In this document: positions 10,794 through 22,700 of the stretch, in pieces
Position numbering within the stretch: the first letter of the stretch is position 1
How the letters are laid out: each line of letters begins with the position of its first letter
NCBI RefSeq assembly: GCF_030028105.1
Contig: NC_092391.1
Span: forward strand, 51,991,223-52,055,222
Source: Mobula birostris
Lineage: Eukaryota
DNA: 64,000 bases
Reading direction: 5' to 3'
Program-made: the position numbers and the translations under genes
The notes under the pieces: model-generated
Databases searched by the model: none
Told to the model about the DNA's origin: nothing
Seen by the model: only the letters and a program-made list of their open reading frames with translations

Positions 10794-13700
10794 CTAGGAA
10801 AAACAGCAGAGGTAGCAGACAGGACTGGAAACAACATTGAGCAGAGTCAATAACCTGGTATCATTCAGAAGTTCAATATCCTCCTCATATAAAAGCCAGG
10901 GTGTAATGTTGAGGCTTTATAAAGCACTGGTGAGGCCTCGCTTGGAGTGTTGTGGGCCCCTTATCTGAGAAAGGATGTGCTGACATTGGAGAGGATTGAA
11001 AGGAGGTTCACAAAATTAATTGACAGGCTTTTCATATGAAGAACATTTGATGTCTCTGGCCTCTACTCACTGGAATTGAGAAGAATGAAGAGTGACCTCA
11101 TTGAACCCTATTGAATGGTGAAAGGCCTCAAAAGAGCGGATCTGGAGAGAATGTTTCCTATGGTAAGGGAGTCAATGACCAGAGGGCATAACTTTAGAAT
11201 AGAAGGGCATCTTTTTAGAATGGAGCTGAGGATGAGTTTTTCTTTAGCCAGAGAGTGGTGAATCTGTGGAATTTGATGCCACGAGCAGCTGAGCAGGTCA
11301 AGTCATTGGTTACATTTAAGGCAGAGGTTGATAGATTCTTGATTAGTCAAGGCATAAAAGGATACGGGGAGAAAGCAGGAGATTGGGGCTGAGAGGGAGA
11401 ATGGATCAGCCATGATGAAATGGTAGAGAAGACTCGATGGGCCAAGTGGCTTAAACCTGCTCCTATATCTTATGGTCTTATCCCTGTCCGAACTCTGGGA
11501 AAAAGGGCAGAGGTAGCAAACAGGGCTAGAAACTACACTGAGCAAACATACCAGGTTAGAGCCAAACAACCACTCCCCAAATAAACTTGTTTAATGACAC
11601 CACGAATAGGTTCTTACACACACACACGCGTGTTTATTAGCAGCAACAGAACATGAGGATTATAAACCTGGGAGAGTCTCAACGAGGTCCATGATAGAAA
11701 GAAGTGATTTCTTTAATCGGAGGAAAGAGTCAGTGAAACACTGTAACCACGCCAGCTAATACCAATCAATTCCTGCCGGTGTCTGAAAGGAGTTTGCACG
11801 TTCTCCCTATGATCACATGGGTTTTCTCCAGGTTCTCTGGTTCCCTCCCACATTCCAAAGACGTACGGGTCAGGGTTAGTGTGTTGCAGACATGCTATGT
11901 TCCAACACTTGCGGGCTGCCCCCAGACCACTCTCGGACTGTGTTGGTCATTGATGCAAATGACACACTTCACTGGATGTTTCGGTATACAGTGAGAAAAA
12001 AAGATATTCTTTTAATCCAGGGGTTCCCAACCTTTTTTTATGCCATGGACCAATACCAGTAAGAAAGAGGTCTGTGGACTCCATGTTGGGAATCCCCGTT
12101 TTAATCAGTGTCCACATGGGGCACTGGCAGTGAGAAGAGTGCAGGACACAGTTGCAGCCCAGATGATATACAGTCATGAGTAGTACAGCACAGAATCAGG
12201 CTCTTCAGCCCATCTAGTCTGTGCCAAACCATTTAAACTGCCTACTCCCATCGACCTGCACTGGGATCATAGCCCTCCATATCCCTACCATCCATGCACC
12301 TATCCAAACTTCTCTTAGATGTTGAAATCAAGCTCGCACACACCACTTGTGCTGGCAGCCCGTTCCACAGTCCCACCACCTTCATGGGCTAAAGAAATTC
12401 TTCCCCATCTTCATTCTAAAAGGACGCCACTCTACTCTGAGGCTGTCTTCTGGTCTTAGACCCCACCCCCACCATAGGAAACACCCACTCTATCAAGGCC
12501 TTTCAACATTCGATAGGTTTCAATGAAATCCCCCCTCATTCTTCTGAATTCTAGTGAGTTCAAGCCCAGAGCCGTCAAACGCTCTTCATATGACAAGGCT
12601 TTAAATCTCAATCATTTTCATGAACTTCCTTTAAACCCTCTCCAATGTCAGCACATCCTTTCTTAGATAAAGGGCCCAAAACTGCTCATCATACTTCAAG
12701 TGAGGCCTCACCAGTTCCTTTTAAAGCCTCATCCTTGCTTTTCTATTCTAATCCTCTCAAAATTAATGCTAACATTGCATTTGCCTTCCTCACCATCAAC
12801 TCAACCTGCAAACTATACATTGCACACTGGTACACTATTTTTGTCTATATTATTATTCTGTATTTGTTATTAATTAAGCACACTGCTAACTGTGTTTTTA
12901 AATGTTGCTGCTGTAACAAAAGGATTTCCCACTTGGGATCAGTAAAGTATTATTATTATAAGTCTTTAGAGAATCCTGTATAAGGCCTCATAAGGTTAAA
13001 CTCACCTTCCTTTTGACAGCCTGCTTTCTCTTCTTGTCCCTCTTGAGTTTTTGCTTCGACCAAGGTTTATTCTTAACAAATTTCCTTTTGGTTTCCATCT
13101 GCTCCTTCGCCTGCTCTGCTAGCAGCTTCTGCCTCTGCCTCTCTCGGTTTTTATCCTTGTATCGGATTGAATTGGTGTCAACATCCTCCGGAATAAATCC
13201 TGGCAAGCTTTTTCCTCTCAACTCCGGCATCTTGGGCAGTTTAAGGAGAGCAAAGCCCCTGGCAACGGCTGCAAAATCGAGGTCTGGAAGAGAAAGCATT
13301 GCTGAATCAATACCCGAGTTCCCTGACAGTGAGACAGAGAACAAAGCTTTCATGAGGGCTTGATCAGTGAAAGGGCAGAGCTGCAGGATATGGAATTGAA
13401 TGCAGAGACGCACAGCCTTCAACTACAGATCACAAGGAAGGCACTGAGGGCAAGGCTGGGTGATATAGGATTGAATGTGGAGGCACATTGTGATTGTTGG
13501 TCATGAAGGAATTAAAATATGGAAGAAAATATCAAACTCAAATGGGTCAAGACAGTAGAAGTAGACAAGCATAGAACATCGAATAGTACAGCACAGCACA
13601 GGGCCTTCGGCCCACAATGTTGTGCTGACCCTTAAACCCTACCTCCCATATAACCCCCCACCTTAAATTCCTCCATATACCTGTCTAGTAGTCTCTTAAA

Positions 13701-16700
13701 TTTCTCCAGTGTATCTGCCTCCACCACTGACTCAGGCAGTGCATTCCACACACCAACCACTCTCTGATATCTTCCTCTAATATCCCCCTTGAGCTTCCCA
13801 CCCCTTACCTTAAAGCCATGTCCTCTTGTATTAAGCCCTGGGGAAGAGGCGCTGGCTGTCCGCTCTATCTATTCCTCTTAATATCTTGTATACCGCTATC
13901 ATGTCTCTCCTCATCCTCCTTCTCTCCAGAGAGTAAAGTCCTAGCTCCCTTAATCTCTGATCATAATGCATACTCTCTAATTGTTCTTGCTATGTCCTTG
14001 AAGGAATGGAGGCAGTCATTTTGTGAAGCTGCTCTGTAACTTTGTGAACTGTTTGATGAACTGATTCTTGCTGTGGGGTAATTTAATCAGAGCAATTGAA
14101 TGTGGACACAAGGATATAGACCTGCTAAACCTGAAATCATTCTCAGATAAGCTGTGTTTTGTGTACAATGGCAGGTTTGCAGAAGTAATCTTGGTCCAGT
14201 GTCTGAGTGACCTGGTTTGACTGTTTGAACCAGAGTCAAAGAGAATAAAAGAAGTCACCTAAGGCATGAAGCTGTGTAGCCCTTGGAGTACATCCAGTGA
14301 GAAGATTACACAAATTAGTCAGTTCACCTACAGCCAACAAGAATGAAGCGCATCATTGAAATTGATAAGAAGCATTTAAAAGTTAGGAGCTTCAAATGCC
14401 AAAGGGTGAGAACTCAGGAGATGAACCATCACAAGGAGGTTTGTCATGCCATGGGGTGCAAGAAGAAGGGATCTACCTTCCGGCCATCGGGAGATTCTAT
14501 TTCGGTGTTATACATTGGGGGAAGTGGTCTGAGTGAGTATTGGTACACAGGGAACAATAGAATTTATGCATTAATTTATTCTCCTGGAGTCAACATAGTT
14601 ATGTTGTTGTTGGTGCAGAGGCAATCAACATGATTGACTACAGATCATCAGGAAAACACTCAGGGCGTAGGCTGAGGGCAAGGCTGGGAGGAGGGGGACT
14701 TATTTTATTGAGTGGAACAGACCCTTCTGCCCCTTCAAGCCGTGCCACCCAGCAACCCACCGATTTAACCCAAGCCTGATCACAGATCAATTTACAATGA
14801 CCAATTAACCTAGCAACCAGATCCAACGTGGAGGCATGCAGCCTTTGACTACAGATCACAAAGCAGACGCAGAAGATTTTGTCAATGGAAGCACCTGTGA
14901 GGAGAGGACAAGGCTGGGTGTTCAGAAACAATAAGCTGGGGAAGAGGTGCAAAGGGCAGATATAAACATCCCTGTAGGTTTACCTGATATCCCCCTGGAA
15001 CATCAGAGATTCCGGAATAATCCAATCTGGGTGTGTACGTGATTAAATATTCTTTGCAGCATGCCTACTGAGTGCCATTCCCTCAGAAGCAGGAAACCCA
15101 AAAGAGGAAAAGAGCTGAACACTGCAAACAGAAATGGAATCAGGAGGCACTGGGAAATGCGTAACTGCACCATGCTCCTCACAGCCCCCCCCCCAACACA
15201 AGATCTGCCAGAAACAGCTGGCAGCTGCGCTCAGAATTCAGATCAATTGCTGTAACTTTGGTGAACTGTCTCTCCTATTTAATGCCAAACTTCTCTCTGG
15301 GCACACGGACTGACCAGCTCCGTGCTTGGCTCCACCTACCCTTCAATACCGTCCTGGGCCTTTCCACTTACCCTTCATCCGGAAAATCAAGCTGCACTCG
15401 TGTTTGGCGTAAGACTGAACGAACGACACAAAGGCCTTCATTCCTTTTTCAAAGAAAGCTCGGTCACTTAAAGCCAACTTCTTCAGATTTGGCAGCACGT
15501 CGACAGAATCCTTCATCAACTTCATCTCCTCCATTGGACACTAAGGAGAGAACAGACTCACTGAAACATAACGAGGCTGCAGCAGCCTGAGTGGACTTCC
15601 TTGACACCACCACACGGCCTTTCACTTAAACAGTGTACTCAACATCCTGCTTCGTACCAAACACACCACTGATTTTCAAAGATCAAAGGGCTTTTTAACT
15701 TCAGAACAATATTTCACACAGCAGTTAGACCTAACAACAGGCATGCATCCTTATGTGGGTTAAGGGTGAAAGGTGAAAGGTTTAAGGGGAACATGAGGGG
15801 AAACTTCTCTCAGAGGGTGGTGAGAGTGTGGAACGAGCTGCCAGCATAAGAGGGGGATGCAGTTCAATTTCAACATTGAAGAGAAGTTTGGAAAGGTACA
15901 TGGATGAGAGGGGTATGGTGGGCTATGGTCCCAGTGCAGGTGGATGGACCTTAAATGATATTCTGGCATGGATCAGATGGGCTGAAGAGCCTGCTTCTGA
16001 GTTGTGGTACTCTATGAATCTATATGAAGGTTTCCAGTTCTGAATTTTATGATCTAATTCACTGACAGAGGCACATATTAACATTGCATGGTGTCACAGT
16101 GTAAATCTATTAATGATCCATTGGTGAGAAATCATCGCCGGCCAGTCTTTCAGTCCTTTATACTGGCACTATTCACATTACATCAGCCAGGAGGTCCAGA
16201 CCAAAAACTTCATTACACAGTTACACTCAGGAAAAAGTAAATGTACCTTCTGATTAATGGAAAGGAAGTTGACATAAGTCGTCTCCATGGGAAGCAGGAA
16301 TACCAGGGCATTACCATGGTGACCGATGCGAGCTGTTCGGCCGCAGCGATGGACAAAGGCACTACGGAACAAAACATTGTCTTCAAGCACCAAGAACCCA
16401 ACTGGGGGCTGAAAACCACTGGTCTCCAACAACTAACTGCATGTCCCCCACCTTGGAGAAGCACAACACAACTAGAGATGTTCATAATCGCCTTGGCAAA
16501 GCCCACAGGTCACATTCACCTCACCAAAGCCCTCAGGACACATTCCACCCACCAAATCTCACAGGACACATTCACCTCACCAAAGCCCTCAGGTCACATT
16601 CCACCCACCAAATCTCACAGGACACATTCCACCCACCAAATCTCACAGGACACATTCCACCCACCAAAGCCCACAGGTCACATTCACCTCACCAAAGCCC

Positions 16701-19700
16701 TCAGGACACATTCCACCCACCAAATCTCACAGGACACATTCCACCCACCAAAGCCCACAGGTCACATTCCACCCACCAAATCTCACAGGACACATTCCAC
16801 CCACCAAAACCCTCAGGACACATTCACCTCACCAAAGCCCTCAGGTCACATTCCACCCACCAAATCTCACAGGACACATTCCACCCACCAAAGCCCACAG
16901 GACACATTCACCTCACCAAAGCCCTCAGGTCACATTCCACCCACCAAAGCCCACAGGTCACATTCCACCCACCAAATCTCACAGGACACATTCACCTCAC
17001 CAAAGCCCTCAGGTCACATTCCACCCACCAAATCTCACAGGACACATTCACCTCACCAAAGCCCTCAGGTCACATTCCACCCACCAAATCTCACAGGACA
17101 CATTCCACCCACCAAAGTCCACAGGACACATTCACCTCACCAAAACCCACAGGACACATTCACCTCACCAAAGCCCTCAGGTCACATTCCACCCACCAAA
17201 GCTCACAGGTCACATTCCACCCACCAAATCTCACAGGACGCATTCCACCCACCAAATCTCACAGGACACATTCCACCCACCAAAGCCCACAGGACACATT
17301 CACCTCACCAAAGCCCTCAGGTCACATTCCACCCACCAAAGCCCACAGGTCACATTCCACCCACCAAATCTCACAGGACACATTCCACCCACCAAATCTC
17401 ACAGGACACATTCCACCCACCAAAGCCCACAGGACACATTCACCTCACCAAAGCCCTCAGGTCACATTCCACCCACCAAATCTCACAGGACACATTCCAC
17501 CCACCAAAGCCCACAGGTCACATTCCACCCACCAAATCTCACAGGACACATTCACCTCACCAAAGCCCTCAGGTCACATTCCACCCACCAAATCTCACAG
17601 GACACATTCCACCCACCAAATCTCACAGGACACATTCCACCCACCAAAGCCCACAGGACACATTCACCTCACCAAAGCCCTCAGGTCACATTCCACCCAC
17701 CAAATCTCACAGGACACATTCCACCCACCAAAGCCCACAGGTCACATTCCACCCACCAAATCTCACAGGACACATTCACCTCACCAAAGCCCTCAGGTCA
17801 CATTCCACCCACCAAATCTCACAGGACACATTCCACCCACCAAATCTCACAGGACACATTCCACCCACCAAAGCCCACAGGTCACATTCCACCCACCAAA
17901 TCTCACAGGACACATTCCACCCACCAAAGCCCACAGGTCACATTCCACCCACCAAATCTCACAGGACACATTCCACCCACCAAAGCCCACAGGTCACATT
18001 CCACCCACCAAAGCCCACAGGTCACATTCCACCCACCAAATCTCACAGGACACATTCCACCCACCAAAGCCCACAGGACACATTCACCTCACCAAAGCCC
18101 TCAGGTCACATTCCACCCACCAAATCTCACAGGACACATTCCACCCACCAAAGCCCACAGGTCACATTCCACCCACCAAATCTCACAGGACACATTCACC
18201 TCACCAAAGCCCTCAGGTCACATTCCACCCACCAAATCTCACAGGACACATTCCACCCACCAAATCTCACAGGACACATTCCACCCACCAAAGCCCACAG
18301 GTCACATTCCACCCACCAAATCTCACAGGACACATTCCACCCACCAAAGCCCACAGGTCACATTCCACCCACCAAATCTCACAGGACGCATTCCACCCAC
18401 CAAAGCCCACAGGACACATTCACCTCACCAAAGCCCTCAGGTCACATTCCACCCACCAAATCTCACAGGACACATTCCACCCACCAAATCTCACAGGACA
18501 CATTCCACCCACCAAAGCCCACAGGTCACATTCCACCCACCAAATCTCACAGGACACATTCACCTCACCAAAGCCCTCAGGTCACCCACCAAATCTCACA
18601 GGACACATTCCACCCACCAAAGCCCACAGGTCACATTCCACCCACCAAATCTCACAGGACACATTCCACCCACCAAAACCCACAGGACACATTCCACCCA
18701 CCAAAGCCCACAGGACACATTCCACCCACCAAAGCCCACAGGTCATTTTCCACCCACCAAAGCCCACAGGACACATTCCACCCACCAAATCTCACAGGAC
18801 ACATTCACCTCACCAAAGTCCTCAGGTCACATTCCACTCACCAAATCTCACAGGACACATTCCACCCACCAAAACCCTCAGGACACATTCCACCCACCAA
18901 AGCCCATAAGTCACACAAGAGAAATTCCACTCAGTATGGAAGGGTGGGTTTTAATTTAACATCTCCAATCACAGTTTAAGGTTACATGATCAGTTTTGAT
19001 CTGAGTGTCGTTCACTGTCTCAATAGACATGACTTATTCTGCCACTTAGACTTGCTCAGGGCAGCACAGTGGCGTAGCGGTTAGCGTAATGTCTGACAGT
19101 ACCAGTGACCCGGGTTCAATTCCCGCTGCGGTCTGTAAGGAGTTTCTACGTTCTCTAGTGACTGCATGGATTTTTCCAGGTGCTCTGGTTTCCTCACACA
19201 GTCCGAAGGATTAGCGGTAAGGGTTAGTAAGTTGTGGACGCATTATGTTGCTGCTGGAAGTGTGGCGACCCTTGCAGACTTGCCCTCAGTTGGTCACTGA
19301 CACAAACAACACCCTTCACTGGAGGTACGTACGACAACCAAAGTTAATCTTTAATCAAATACCTAGCACTGCTGGGGGGATCGTACTGCAGGACCCAATC
19401 AACCTCTGGGATGTCGATACCACGAGCCATGACATCCGTGCAAACCAGAATCCCACTGGAAACAGAGAGACAGTCAGTGTGACAGAGGGGGAAAGCATCG
19501 AGTAGTTTGCTGTCCAACCAATAAATAAACTGTAAAATTGTGTCTGACTTAAATCGGAACAGTGACGGTGCATGTCTCTGTCCAATACAGCTCCAAGTGC
19601 TCACTGACACGCATGTCTCCCTACACTGCCCTCCCCACTCCCCCATCCCCGGCTGTCCGCGATCCCCTCGCTCCCCCCACACCCCCCATCTGTTCTCACT

Positions 19701-22700
19701 CCTCCCCGGCTGTCCGCGATCCCCTCACTCCCCGCACCCCCCAAACTGTTCTCACTCCCCTCCCGGGCTGTCCGCGATCCCCTCACTCCCCCCACCCCCC
19801 CATCTGTTCTCACTCCCCTTCCCGGCTGTTCGCGATCCCCTCACTCCCCCCACCCCCCATCTGTTCTCACTCCCCTCCCCGGCTGTTCACGATCCCCTCA
19901 CTCCCCCCACCACCCATCTGTTCTCACTCCCCCCACCCCCCCCATTTGTTCTTACTCCCCTCCCCGGCTGTCCGCAATCCCCTCACTCCCCCCACCCCCC
20001 AATCTGTTCTCACTCCCCTCCCCGGCTGTCCGCGATCCCCTCCCTCCCCCCACAGCCCCCATCTGTTCTCACTCCCCTCCCCGGTTGTCCGCGATCCCCT
20101 CACTCCCTCCACCCCCCCATCTGTTCTCACTCCCCTCCCCGGCTGTCCACGATCCCCTCCCTCCCCCCGGGTGCATGTTTGCAATGGGGTGACAGGATAG
20201 CTCGATGACACAGCCGGTTCCACCCTGACATCCAGCGCTGTCTGTGCAGAGTCTGCATGTTCTCCCCATGACTACAACGGTCACACCCAGGTGCTCTGGT
20301 TTTCTCCCACGTCCCAAAGACGCGGGTGAGGATTGGCTAATCGGCCGCTGTGAACTGTGTGGATGAGTAGGAGAATCTGGGGGAGGTTGATGGGATGGTA
20401 GGGAGGAAAATGGGCTGAACGACCAGTCATTCTCAGCACAGAGCCCGTACTGACGCCAGTGCCTCCTTACATAGCAATCCAATCCGCCACATCCATTACC
20501 GTCTCCTTGTCTAGTGAATTCTAATCGAGTGAGGTCAGCGTAGCAGGTAACAGGGTAGGAGACGTGAGTATCTGCCAAAGGCCAGTCCACTTATTCATTC
20601 ATTCATGATTGTTCTTGGCAAATTTTTCTACAGAAGTGGTTTGCCATTGCCTCCTTCCGGGCAGTGTCTTTACAAGACGGGTGACTCCAGCCATTATCAA
20701 TACTCTTCAGAGATTGTCTGCCTGGTGTCAGTGGTCACGTAACCAGGACTTGTGATCTGCACCAGCTGCTACACCTTGCCCAAAGGTGACCTGCAGGCTA
20801 GTGGAGGGAAGGAGCACCTTATACATCCTCTGGCAGAGATGTATCTGCAACCTGCTGCTTAAATCTGCTAACAGTGACGGGAAAACATGCTGATGTATTT
20901 AACATCACAAGCAGTAACTTTCCCTGTTGTTCATGCCTCTTAAACCTTCCGCAGCACTCTAACGCTGCTGTCCTACCACACAGCACAAATCCGTGCCTCC
21001 CTGTGGCTCAGCGACTGCCCCCCCCTCGCCCTCTCCCCCCGAAATCCAGCCATCTACCTGTCGAGCTGTCGGAACTCTGTGAAGATACTTTGGCGTTTCT
21101 GCTTCATTTTCCCATGGATACGCATGATCCGGACATTCTTCACCACCTTGTCCAGCGCACTCCCGTAATATTCCACACAGGCACACGTACTGAAACAGAC
21201 ACCTGGGTTACATCAAGTGTGGAAAAGCACAGGCCCTTCAGCTGACCCTTTAACCTAGTCTACAATCAACCTAACCCTTCCCTCTCACACAATCCTCCAC
21301 GTTTCTGTCATCAGTGTGCCTACAGAGTCGTAGAAAAGTACAAAACAGAAACAGGCCCTTCAGCCCATCTATTGCATGCCAAACTATTTAAACTGCCTAT
21401 TCCCATTGACCTGCAATGGGACCATAACCCTCCATATCCATCCCATCCATGTACCTATCCAAACTTTTCTTACGCGTTGAAATTGAACTTGCATAAACCA
21501 CTTGTTCTAGCAGCTCGTTCCACACTCTCAGTACCCCTGAGTGTAGAAGTTTTCCTTCAAGTTCCCCTTAATCCTTTCACCCTTAACCCATGGCATCTAG
21601 TAGCAGTCCCATCCATCCTCAGTGGAAGAAGGCTGCTTGCATTTACCATATCTATACCCCTCAAAATGTTGTCTACCTCTATCAAATCTGCTCTCAATCT
21701 TCTAAGTTCCAAGGTATGAAGTCCTAACCTATTCAGTCTTTTCATATAACTTAACAGTTTCTTGTGTCTCTTATGTATCACCCCTGGCAGTGCATTCCAC
21801 ACACTCACCACTCTCTGTGTAAAAATCCTACCTCTGACCTCCCCCCTACAATTTCCTCCAATCACCTTAAAATTTTGCCCCCGTGTATTCATCATTTCCA
21901 CCCTGGGAAAGTCTCTGGCTGTCCATTTGATTGATGCCTCTTATCGTCTTGTACACCTCGATCAAGTCAGCTCTCAACCTCCTTCACTCCAGAGAGAAAA
22001 GTCGCAGCTTGCTCAACCTTCCCTTATAAAGACATGCTGTCTGATCCAGACAGCTTTCTGGCGAACCCCCTGGGCAAAACAAGCCAGGTGGGGAGGGAGG
22101 CCCCAGCTCCCAGTCGTCACATCTTCACAACCCCGGGTGGGGGGGAAGTTCACTCCTTTGTTCCTCGGTAAATTCATGACCAACAGACCCTGTGGTGAGC
22201 TTTACGATCTGAATCAGGGGTGGAACGGTAGCACAGCGGTTAGCGCCACACTTCACAGCGGCAGCTGTAACCGCGCTTGGGGTTCAGTTCCCGCCACTGT
22301 CAGTAAAGAGGTTGTATGTTCCTCCAGGACCACAAGGATTTCCTCTCACATTCGAAAGGTGTACTGCATGGGTTAGCGCTAGTGGGTTTTGGGCACACTA
22401 TGTGGATGTCGGAAGCATGGCAACACCTATGGGCTGCCCCCTGCACAATCCCTGGACTACGTTGGGTTGTTGGTTGTGTACATGTTCCAACGTACACGTG
22501 ACAAGTAAAGCTGTTCTTTAATCCTGCCACAACTGTCCAGCAAGGATTAATACATTGAACAGCATCGATAGCGTGGACTTAGAGAGGATGTTTCCCATGG
22601 GGAGGGAGTCTAGGACTGAGGGGGGCGGGGGCAGAGTCAGAATAGGAGGATGTTTCTTTAGAATGGAGATGAGGAGGTATTTCTTTAGCCAAAGGGTGGT

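Noticed and set aside
16241-18979. 912-aa and 822-aa plus-strand ORFs
   Set aside because: They are read-throughs of a 28-bp minisatellite lacking stop codons, antisense within a DDX55 intron; different frames give the same periodic peptide.
19059-19130. tRNA gene
   Set aside because: A and B boxes are present, but the sequence continues into a SINE body and no full cloverleaf is evident.
19540-20223. Proline-rich ORFs of 212-222 aa
   Set aside because: Translations of a C-rich tandem repeat.
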